Source of the DNA: Candidatus Doudnabacteria bacterium
GTDB lineage: Bacteria > Patescibacteriota > Doudnabacteria > UBA920 > O2-02-FULL-48-8
DNA: 64,000 nt
Reading direction: 5' to 3'
Assembly (NCBI GenBank): GCA_016186915.1
Contig: JACPKU010000006.1
Coordinates: 249,619-313,618, forward strand
Shown: one piece after another, positions 17,130 to 24,898 of the stretch
Layout: every line of letters starts with the position of its first letter
How positions within the stretch are numbered: position 1 is the stretch's first letter
Translations under genes and position numbers: made by a program
The notes under the pieces: model-generated
Databases searched by the model: none
What the model was told of the DNA's origin: nothing
Seen by the model: only the letters and a program-made list of their open reading frames with translations

Positions 17130-17981
17130 TTAAGTCGCTAATATTAATTCCGACAAAACAAGCTTCGCATTAAGATTCTGTTCAATGAATCTGCGCGCTC
17201 TGCTCACCAGTCTGAGTTTATTGGCCAACTCCGGCTTCCCGGTGAGGTTGAGATCGCGCTCAAGCCGGACCAGCCAAAAATCCAACAACGTTTTGATCTC
17301 GGTCGTTTCCTGTCCCGCAATCTCTTGAGCCAGAAGCAGTCGGTCGATTCTTTCTGCTTGATTAAATGTTTGATAAGACAAGCCCCAGCTTTCAAGTTCT
17401 GTGAAGTTTTCAGGATCCGCCAAAACTTTTTTAACCCAACCAGGACGGCCGGCCGCCACTGACGAAATTAGATCTTTTTGGTCTGCCGAAAGCGTAGCCG
17501 GCACCAAGACCTTGAGCTCATCCTCTCCTACCAGCCCAAAATTAATTTTTTGCGTGCGGCTGATAATTGTTTTAGGCAATCGCTCCACCGAACTAGTAAC
17601 AAGGATGATCACGGTATTGGGTTTTGGCTCTTCCAAAGCTTTGAGCAAAGCATTGCTGGCTTCCAAGGTCATGGTCTCAGCCCGATCTATCAGCGCAACT
17701 TTATATTCAGCCGAATAAGGCTTAAGCGATAATTTGTAAATCAACTCTCGGATCTTTTCTATCTTTATCCCTGCTTCGTCTTCTATCAGTAAAAAGTCTG
17801 GATGAAAATAATTTTCGAATGAAGGAGGATCAATCAGAACTTTCGCCAGCCATATCCCCACCAATTTTTTCCCCACCCCTTCGGGACCTGCAAAAATATA
17901 AGCGTGCGGCACCCTGTCTTTTGCAATAGCACGCGCCAACATATCTATTTGCCTTTTGTGTCCTACAATTCCTTCAAGCAT
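17130..17981 (-). CDS. holB: DNA polymerase III delta-prime subunit
   Basis: AAA+ fold. Likely start is MLEGIVGH; Walker A is GPEGVGKK. Confidence 0.7.
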   Translation of the reverse strand: MLEGIVGHKRQIDMLARAIAKDRVPHAYIFAGPEGVGKKLVGIWLAKVLIDPPSFENYFHPDFLLIEDEAGIKIEKIRELIYKLSLKPYSAEYKVALIDRAETMTLEASNALLKALEEPKPNTVIILVTSSVERLPKTIISRTQKINFGLVGEDELKVLVPATLSADQKDLISSVAAGRPGWVKKVLADPENFTELESWGLSYQTFNQAERIDRLLLAQEIAGQETTEIKTLLDFWLVRLERDLNLTGKPELANKLRLVSRARRFIEQNLNAKLVLSELILAT

Positions 17982-18084
17982 ATCAGTTATTATACCATTT
18001 TTCAAATAGATAACAAAACTTTTTGGCCCCAATCTAAATAGAATGCTATTATAAATCATCTAGGTCTAGCCACAAGGAGGAAAG

Positions 18085-18369
18085 ATGACTATTTGGGACA
18101 ATGCTACACCCGAACAGATTCTCGACCGAGTCAAGGCAATCGTGGCACCACATGGCTTAAACGCCGAATTTCTCGAAGGGATCCTGTCCGTTGGCGTTCA
18201 AGGGGACGATCGTACCTACACTCCCGTCGTGGTCCTGAACGGGCCGCATCCGGGCTGGGAAATCCTGGAGAGGCTTTCATCACAAATCTCCAACGAAACG
18301 CCCGTGAACCGAGTCACGTTCGAGGTTGCCACTCGGCCCACGACGCTCTCAAACCGGCGAGCGCGATAG
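18085..18369 (+). CDS. small GC-rich ORF homologous to the GMP synthase C-terminal dimerisation domain (gene fragment)
   Basis: SVGVQGDDRTYTPVVVL and ISNETPVNRVTFEVATRPTTL match the GuaA C-terminus (SVGVMGDGRxYDxVVxL and [26 protein letters not shown]). RBS AAGGAGG. Terminator at 18399-18430. About 55% GC. Confidence 0.55.
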   Translation: MTIWDNATPEQILDRVKAIVAPHGLNAEFLEGILSVGVQGDDRTYTPVVVLNGPHPGWEILERLSSQISNETPVNRVTFEVATRPTTLSNRRAR

Positions 18370-18398
18370 AGACTGAGTAATTGCGCAGGCAGAACTGC

Positions 18399-18430
18399 CC
18401 CGTCGACACTCGCTATCGACGGGATTTTTT
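18399..18430 (+). terminator. intrinsic terminator CCCGTCGA...TCGACGGG plus T-run
   Basis: Seen in the sequence. Confidence 0.6.
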
Positions 18431-18472
18431 ATATTAACAAATTACTACAATACAAAATAAATTCACGCAAAC

Positions 18473-18549
18473 AAAAAAACCAGCCCTGACCTAACGTCGG
18501 GGCTGATTTTTTACGCGTTACATTTCTTGTACAAGATTTAGGCTTAACC
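18473..18549 (-). ncRNA. candidate small RNA (about 77 nt) with promoter TTGACG-N17-TATGAT (18556-18584) and a bidirectional terminator (18473-18512)
   Basis: Promoter and terminator seen in the sequence. Internal palindromic hairpin UCUUGUACAAGA. Confidence 0.3.
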
Positions 18550-18694
18550 TTAACTATCATAAAATTGCTAAATCTTCACGTCAATAAATTTGTATTTCCT
18601 AAGATTTAGAAGGATTGTGTGCATATTCTCTGGAAAACTGCTGGATAAATTGTACATTACCAAAATTTTAAGATTTGATTTCTAACTTTTGCAT

Positions 18695-18935
18695 TAAAAA
18701 AATCACTAAAAAGTGATTTTTTTATAGACCGGTGTGCTGCTGATTTTGTTCTACCACTCTCTTACGAACCTAGCAGAACCCAGGGACCGGGTCCAAGAGG
18801 TTGCCCTTACTTGTTTTACACCTAAGCCGTTTCTTGCTTAAGCGAACCCTTGATCAAAACCTGCATCTCCTGATCCTCCGAACAGCCTTGCAGCTGCCCG
18901 CTCCGCCTAAGTTGCCTCAAACGGAGACCAATGGT
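18695..18935 (-). ncRNA. candidate sRNA (about 240 nt) between the promoter TTGACA-N17-TAAAAT (18942-18970, minus) and the terminator ATCACT-AAAA-AGTGAT plus U-run (18695-18717)
   Basis: No plausible ORF; the promoter hexamers are consensus. Identity unknown; 6S-like or SRP-like assignment untested. Confidence 0.35.
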
Positions 18936-19059
18936 GAATGTATTTTAGAAATTATTAAAATCAGTGTCAATAAATTTTAAAAACCCAGTTTTTATTAAAC
19001 TTTTGATAAATCCTGTGCATAACCTGTGCTTAACCTTGGGGATTAATTGTGAGTTTCTT

Positions 19060-19500
19060 ACTAAAAAAGAGGCTCGCAAGCAAGGCTTACAAGCCGAAGA
19101 ACGAGGAGGGGAGCAGATCAACCATCCAACCGGTAGCCCTTGTTAAGGCGGCCAGATGGTCAAATCAGTCCCCTCCACCCCGCAGCGCTGACAGCGCTGT
19201 GTTTGCAGCGTGTCTCGTCCGGGCCTTGGGCCTCGGGCAGAGCCAGCCGCTGGGAACTTGTTGTTTCCTCCGAAAAATTGTAGCGGACAGGGAGTTTGGA
19301 TGGTTGAGGCCGGGCCAGCGGAATCAACCAGCCTCCCTCCCCATCCTGTCGGCGCCGAGCGTGTCAACTGGCGCCGAGCTTGTACCGAGGGGATGCGCGC
19401 GCGTAGGGCCAGTAGCAGCCCTTTAGCGTGGCCTTTGTTGCGCACTCACCCCCTCGGACCGCGCTTGTCCAGAAAGGCCCCAGCCCCTCGGACTTGCGCG
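19060..19500 (-). ncRNA. GC-rich (over 60%) structured non-coding segment of about 430 nt; candidate RNase P RNA, strand uncertain
   Basis: No credible ORF; many GC helices. On the minus strand AAG-U-CCGA (near the 5' end) is complementary to UCGGCUU (near the 3' end) with a bulged U, as in the P4 helix of bacterial RNase P RNA. It ends in a U-run. A GGUUGA...UCAACC hairpin is also present. Confidence 0.35.
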
Positions 19501-19583
19501 ATCTTGAGAAACCCAAACCAAAAAAACTTACCTGTCTTTGGTAAGTTATTATATATTTCAAATTACCAAACTGTCAATAGATT

Positions 19584-20600
19584 TTATTTTGTTGCCAAAA
19601 TACTTTTTTTATAGCTGTCCAAATTGTCCAACGCCACCCCTGTGCCGGCAGCCACGCATAAAATAGCGTTTTCAGCCACGTAAGCTGGAACTCCGGTAGT
19701 TTGGCCAATTAACTTGTCGATATTTCGCAAGAGCGCGGTGCCGCCTGTCAAAACCATGCCCTTATCAATTATATCCGCGGCCAGCTCAGGCGGAGTTTCT
19801 TGCAGGACGGTTCGGACTGCCTGGATGATTTCCCGCAGTTCTTCCTGAATCGCTTCCACGATTTCATTGGTGGAAATTTTAATCGTTTTGGGAAGCCCCT
19901 GTATCAAGTCCCTGCCTCGAATTTCAAGCTTGGTCTCTTTCTCCACTGGTATGGCCGAGCCGATCTTAATTTTAATATCTTCCGCAGTCCGGTCTCCCAC
20001 AGCCAAGCCGTGCTTGCGGCGGATATATTCTGCGATGGCCTGATCAATCTTGTTGCCCGCCACCCTCACAGAAGTCTGGGTCACAATCCCGCCAAGTGAA
20101 AGCACTGCCACGTCCGTGGTGCCGCCGCCAATGTCTATGATCATGTTGCCAGAAGGATTCGCGATGTCTATCCCAGCGCCGATAGCGGCGGCCACGGTTT
20201 CTTTGATTATGTAAGCGGCTTTGGCCCCGGCCGCGTGCGCCGCGTCAATCACCGCTCTTCTTTCAGTGGAAGTGATGCCGCCGGGTACGGAGATCATAAC
20301 TTCAGGGCGAAAAAATCGGACATTGCCCGTGGCCTTGTTAATAAAATACCGAAGCATAGCTTCTGTCACCCGGTAATCTGCAATCACCCCGTCCTTCATA
20401 GGTCTGTGCGCCACGATTGTGTCAGGAGTGCGGCCCAACATATCCTTGGCTTCCTGTCCCACGGCCAAAATCTTATTGTCAACTACAGAAATCGCCACCA
20501 CTGTGGGCTCATTAATAATAATGCCCTGCTTGGGCACGAATACTAAGGTGTTGGCAGTTCCTAAATCTATTCCAATTTGCCGTAAAAACAATCGAGCCAT
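19584..20600 (-). CDS. second MreB/Mbl-like actin homolog
   Basis: GIDLGTANTLVFV; 338 aa; a paralog of 10872..11930. Confidence 0.85.
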   Translation of the reverse strand: MARLFLRQIGIDLGTANTLVFVPKQGIIINEPTVVAISVVDNKILAVGQEAKDMLGRTPDTIVAHRPMKDGVIADYRVTEAMLRYFINKATGNVRFFRPEVMISVPGGITSTERRAVIDAAHAAGAKAAYIIKETVAAAIGAGIDIANPSGNMIIDIGGGTTDVAVLSLGGIVTQTSVRVAGNKIDQAIAEYIRRKHGLAVGDRTAEDIKIKIGSAIPVEKETKLEIRGRDLIQGLPKTIKISTNEIVEAIQEELREIIQAVRTVLQETPPELAADIIDKGMVLTGGTALLRNIDKLIGQTTGVPAYVAENAILCVAAGTGVALDNLDSYKKSILATK

Positions 20601-20605
20601 AAATA

Positions 20606-21865
20606 TTAATCAATCCGTTTAATATCCGCGCCAATTTTACTTAACCTCTCCTCAAGATTGGCATAACCGCGGTCAATGTGTTCAATGCCTTCAATTTCCG
20701 ATTGGCCTTTGGCCACCAGTGCCGCAATCACCAAAGTCATGCCCATACGTAGATCATAGCTAGTTATCTTTTTTTGTCCATAAAGAGGGGTTGGACCAAT
20801 AATCCGAACCTGGTGGGAATCCAAAACCTCGGCCTTTGCGCCCATATTCATTAATTCAGCGACGTAGGCGAGACGGTCTTCATACAACCACTCGTAGATT
20901 AAGGTCTCTCCTTTTGCCTGGGTGGCCAGCACAGCCATCGGCGGCACAAAATCAGAGTTTAATTTTGGATACAAGCCGCTCTGCAGCTTTGTGCCGACAT
21001 ATTCTCCGGATGGAGGCAAAACTTGCACAAAGTCCGGACCAACCTTGAAATTGACATTCATCTTTTTCAACCGCAGCAAGTAGTCTTCCAGAAAATCGGG
21101 GTTCAGGTCGGTTATTTTAAGCTTGCCCTTAGCGGCAGCGGCCAAGGTTATCATGCTTGCCGCTTCTTCTGAGTCGGGGATGATATCTATTTTAGCGCCA
21201 TGAAGCTCGTCCACGCCGAACACAGTTAAAGTCGGGCTGCCGATGCCGGAAATTTTTGCCCCCATCTTGTTCAAAAATTCACACAACTGCTGAATGTGGG
21301 GTTCCATGGCAGCTAATTTTATTGTGGTTGTGCCAGCGGCCAACACCGCGGCCAACAAAACATTTTCCGTAGCGGTTACCGAGCTTTCTTCCAAGACAAT
21401 CTTCGAGCCGGTCAGTTTGTCAACAGAAAAACTGATCAGTGAATCTGTTTCGGTTACAGACGCACCCAAAGCTTTAAATGCTTCCACGTGGGCGTCGATC
21501 GAACGCGCCCCTATCTTATCCCCGCCCGGATATGGAATTTTGGCGCTCAAAAGCCTGCCCAGCAAGGCGCCGACCAGCACAATCGATCCCCGAAACTTGG
21601 ACACCAGGTCTGGTTTAGGATCGTCGCGCCGCAGTCCTTGGGCCTGAATTTCTACCCTGCCGCCGCTCGAATTTACATCCACCCCAAGTTCAGAAATAAT
21701 CTCCAGCATAAGCTGGCTGTCTTTAATCTGGGGCACGTTGGTTAAGACGCACTTCTCGTCTGTCAAAAGACAGGCCGCGATTAGCGGAAACGTCGCGTTT
21801 TTTGATCCTGAAATTTTAATATTGCCGGAAAGCGGCTTGCCGCCGTTGATTCTATATTTACTCAT
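20606..21865 (-). CDS. murA: UDP-N-acetylglucosamine 1-carboxyvinyltransferase
   Basis: Likely start is MSKYRINGG; ISGSKNA motif. Confidence 0.9.
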   Translation of the reverse strand: MSKYRINGGKPLSGNIKISGSKNATFPLIAACLLTDEKCVLTNVPQIKDSQLMLEIISELGVDVNSSGGRVEIQAQGLRRDDPKPDLVSKFRGSIVLVGALLGRLLSAKIPYPGGDKIGARSIDAHVEAFKALGASVTETDSLISFSVDKLTGSKIVLEESSVTATENVLLAAVLAAGTTTIKLAAMEPHIQQLCEFLNKMGAKISGIGSPTLTVFGVDELHGAKIDIIPDSEEAASMITLAAAAKGKLKITDLNPDFLEDYLLRLKKMNVNFKVGPDFVQVLPPSGEYVGTKLQSGLYPKLNSDFVPPMAVLATQAKGETLIYEWLYEDRLAYVAELMNMGAKAEVLDSHQVRIIGPTPLYGQKKITSYDLRMGMTLVIAALVAKGQSEIEGIEHIDRGYANLEERLSKIGADIKRID

Positions 21866-22922
21866 AGTTAAGTAGCTTAACTTCTGCTTCCAGCTCCACG
21901 CCAAATTTACTCTTAACCGCCTGCTTTATGTTCCAAGAGAGGGCTAGCATCTCCCTGGCGGTGGCCTCTCCAATATTTATCAAGGCCAGCGGATGCTTAG
22001 GAGAGATGCCCACTCGCCCCTGCTTATACCCTTTTCTAAAACCCGCGCTTGCCAACAAACATGCCGCAGCCAGCTTAATCTTACCATCTTCTACCCCCCA
22101 AAACCACGGGTCTTGGCAATCGGACTCGCCACCATTTTTTTTCACCAAAAATTTTATTTTATCAAATTCTTCTCTGCTGACGATCGGATTTTTAAAAAAA
22201 GACCCGGCGGTTTTAAACTTTTCAAACCCAGGCAAAATCACATTGCCTTTTTTGGCGCGAATCTCAATTACCGCCTTTCTGACGTCGCGCAAGCTATGTT
22301 GGTTTTGATTGGAAAAGTATTTAACCAGATCCTGATAGTTCAAAACTGACCGGCCGTGTGGGACCAGCGACAATCTAAACTTAGTAACGATATATTTTCC
22401 CGGATTTTTTTTAAAGTCACTGTCACGATATTCAAAACCGCATTGTTCGCGGTTAAATTTAACAATATTACCGCTCCCACATTCAACTGCTTCGACTTCC
22501 TCAAGAACATCACTGATTGTCTGGCCGTACGCTCCAATATTCTGCACCACCGCTCCTCCCGCTGATCCCGGAATCCCGGACAAACATTCAATTCCAGCAA
22601 GGTCTTGCTCGACACAACGCTTAACCACCTCATCCCAATCTTCCCCCGCCCCTATTGTCACCAATGCCTCATCGTCTTTAATCTTAAAGCTTAAATCTTG
22701 AATCTGATTATGAATTACCAGCCCCGAAAACCCTTCGTCTGAGATCAAAACATTGCTCCCGCCTCCTAAAATAAAAATTTTGAGACTCTTTTGATGCGCA
22801 AACTCCAAAGCCTCTCTGACTTCTTCGAGAGAGGTGACTTGGGTATAAAAAGCAGCAAGACCTCCTATTTCAAAGGTCGTTAACTGTTTCAACGGGTAGT
22901 TTTCTTGGACTTTTAAGGCCAT
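21858..22922 (-). CDS. murB: UDP-N-acetylenolpyruvoylglucosamine reductase
   Basis: FAD-binding GGGSN motif; 354 aa. Confidence 0.8.
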   Translation of the reverse strand: MALKVQENYPLKQLTTFEIGGLAAFYTQVTSLEEVREALEFAHQKSLKIFILGGGSNVLISDEGFSGLVIHNQIQDLSFKIKDDEALVTIGAGEDWDEVVKRCVEQDLAGIECLSGIPGSAGGAVVQNIGAYGQTISDVLEEVEAVECGSGNIVKFNREQCGFEYRDSDFKKNPGKYIVTKFRLSLVPHGRSVLNYQDLVKYFSNQNQHSLRDVRKAVIEIRAKKGNVILPGFEKFKTAGSFFKNPIVSREEFDKIKFLVKKNGGESDCQDPWFWGVEDGKIKLAAACLLASAGFRKGYKQGRVGISPKHPLALINIGEATAREMLALSWNIKQAVKSKFGVELEAEVKLLNYE

Positions 22923-23083
22923 CGACTGTTATTTTAACAAAAAAAGTAAAGATAGGTAAGGCTTGCCAGGAACTAGAAGTTTTTATCTATCAAGCCAAGG
23001 GCTTGATATATTCAGCGAAGCTGATAAAACTTTCAGTTCCCGGCTTGAAACTCCTCTTGTTTTAGCCTAAAATAAGAGGGAAG

Positions 23084-23187
23084 CCAGGTAGTGAAAATTT
23101 GCTCGATGCTATCTGACAGCGTGCAAGGAATATTTTTGGTCTTTATATTTGTCGAATTAACAAAGATAGCAAATTTCTACTACCTGG
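23084..23187. repeat. mini-element bounded by 18-bp inverted repeats (CCAGGTAGTGAAAATTTG ... CAAATTTCTACTACCTGG), copy 2
   Basis: Arms nearly identical to 6983-7126. The right arm abuts the ATG of ORF 23189. Confidence 0.7.
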
Positions 23188-23188
23188 T

Positions 23189-24433
23189 ATGACCCTCAAA
23201 ACCCGCTTTACATTAATCGGCATTGGCATCGTTATTTTCTTAATAATTGTGCCGCCTTTAGTTTTGTTCGCCAGTGGTTTCCAAATTGACTGGTCAAATT
23301 TCGCAATCGTAAAAACCGGAACTTTGGTGGTAGAAACCGAGCCCGGCAAAGCGTTGGTCTACCTTAGTGACAAGAAACAAAGAGGAGCAACGCCTTCCAC
23401 GATCCGTTTTTTGCTTCCCAAAGATTATCAAGTCAGGATCGAGAAACCAGGTTACCAGACCTGGACCAAACGGCTGTCTGTCAAATCCCAGCTCGTGACT
23501 TGGGCTAACCTCAACCGCAAATTTATCGCCTTATTTTTATCTGAGCCACTGCCTCTGGTGGATTTTAGCTCTGACCAAACTTTTCTCTCTTCCGACCAGA
23601 GAGAGCTTGTCTTTTCGGTAAACGGCGAGTTTTTTTTCCTCTCTGCAGGCTCTGAAAAACCTGTGAGCTTGGGTCCGGCCACTGCTCTGGCTCCTCCGTT
23701 TGAATTTAATGCCGGACTGGTTTGGGATAACGGACAAAAAGTATACGAAGCGCTAAAAAAATTCTCCGAAATAAATTTGTCGATCTATTCCCCAACGCCA
23801 AAAATATCAACCAACGGCACCTTCACAATTCTGGCTTCCGCTGATCAACTTTGGCTTGTGACTTCTTCAGGCACAGAAGTTATAGCCACTGACATCGATG
23901 CTTATCTATTAGAGAATGACATTTTGTGGTTTATCAAAAATTCCTCGCTGCAAAGCCTAAATCTCACAACCAAGGAATTGCGAACCGTAAAGCAGGACTT
24001 GCCACGCTTTAAAAAAGGCCAAATCATTCGATCGAGCAATTATGTTTTTCTACTCCTCGATGGAGACTTATACTTTGCCAACGAAAGTTTAGATAAAATT
24101 GCCCAAGCCGTTGTGTTCAGTTCATGGAATTACGGCGCGGATAAACTGTTAATTGCCACCAACAACGAAATTAGTCTGTTTGATCCGCAAAACCAAAAAG
24201 TCGACCTCATTCACCGCAGTGTAAGTAATATCAGTAACCCTGTATTCAATGCCGAAACCGGATACGTATTCTTCAGCAATGAGGGCAGAATAAAAGCCAT
24301 CGAACTTGATGGCCGGGACCAAAGAAATATTTTTGAATTTGGAGAAGCGGGATTAGGATTTACCTTGTCAAACAACGGAAAACTGCTATACGTTTTCAGC
24401 GATGAAAACATAAGAATATTGGAAATAAGATAG
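23189..24433 (+). CDS. membrane-anchored PEGA-domain plus beta-propeller-like protein
   Basis: N-terminal TM. PEGA-like TGTLVVETEPGKALVYLSDKKQRGATPSTI...KPGYQTW. Repeated beta-strand modules. It is the only large plus-strand gene in the window. Confidence 0.55.
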   Translation: MTLKTRFTLIGIGIVIFLIIVPPLVLFASGFQIDWSNFAIVKTGTLVVETEPGKALVYLSDKKQRGATPSTIRFLLPKDYQVRIEKPGYQTWTKRLSVKSQLVTWANLNRKFIALFLSEPLPLVDFSSDQTFLSSDQRELVFSVNGEFFFLSAGSEKPVSLGPATALAPPFEFNAGLVWDNGQKVYEALKKFSEINLSIYSPTPKISTNGTFTILASADQLWLVTSSGTEVIATDIDAYLLENDILWFIKNSSLQSLNLTTKELRTVKQDLPRFKKGQIIRSSNYVFLLLDGDLYFANESLDKIAQAVVFSSWNYGADKLLIATNNEISLFDPQNQKVDLIHRSVSNISNPVFNAETGYVFFSNEGRIKAIELDGRDQRNIFEFGEAGLGFTLSNNGKLLYVFSDENIRILEIR

Positions 24434-24446
24434 CCCACAAAACTGC

Positions 24447-24476
24447 ACGTAAAATGCGCGGCCGCGCATTTTACGT
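24447..24476. terminator. 30-bp perfect palindrome ACGTAAAATGCGCGGCCGCGCATTTTACGT between convergent genes
   Basis: Seen in the sequence; a likely bidirectional terminator for ORF 23189 (+) and rnhA (-). Confidence 0.55.
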
Positions 24477-24481
24477 TACGA

Positions 24482-24898
24482 TCAAGCAGCCGCTTTGTCC
24501 AACGCTAGGTTGACCAGCTTATCGGCTAGTCTGTTTTCTTCCCTCGAAACATGCCTAAAAACGACTGACTCAAATTTATTGCTTAGTCGCAGCACTTCCT
24601 TGACCCTGCTCTGCAGTCCTTGCTCTTTCACTTTGTATTCGCCTGATAACTGCTTGACCACCAACTCTGAATCCAAAAAACATTTGACTTCCCTCGCTTG
24701 AAGTTCCGCGGCCTTGGCAAGCGCCGTAATCAACGCGGAATATTCCGCTTGGTTATTGGTAGTCTCACCTATATACCGTCCAATTCGATCAATAATTTTT
24801 CCTTTGGCGTCATAAATCACCACCCCGATAGCCGCCGGCCCGGGATTGCCCCTGGCCCCGCCGTCCGTGTAGATTGTTAGTTGCTTATTGTGTGGCAT
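24482..24898 (-). CDS. rnhA: ribonuclease HI
   Basis: YTDGGARGNPGPAA motif; 138 aa. Confidence 0.85.
   Translation of the reverse strand: MPHNKQLTIYTDGGARGNPGPAAIGVVIYDAKGKIIDRIGRYIGETTNNQAEYSALITALAKAAELQAREVKCFLDSELVVKQLSGEYKVKEQGLQSRVKEVLRLSNKFESVVFRHVSREENRLADKLVNLALDKAAA

Noticed and set aside
19060-19500. tmRNA as the identity of the GC-rich segment.
   Set aside because: No 3' CCA or T-arm (GGUUCGAnUCC) and no tag-peptide-like reading frame ending in (A)LAA was found on either strand.
19515-19577. Promoter-like TTGACA-N18-TATAAT on the minus strand just after the second mreB stop, as the promoter for the GC-rich RNA.
   Set aside because: It is immediately followed by the mreB terminator hairpin (CTTACC...GGTAAG plus U-run), so it would be terminated at once. 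Kept only as a possibility for processed or read-through expression.
19049-19614. Plus- and minus-strand ORFs of 100-134 aa inside the GC-rich segment.
   Set aside because: They are long ORFs expected by chance in GC-rich sequence, with low-complexity Pro/Arg/Gly/Ala-rich products, no RBS and overlapping each other. The region is more consistent with structured RNA.
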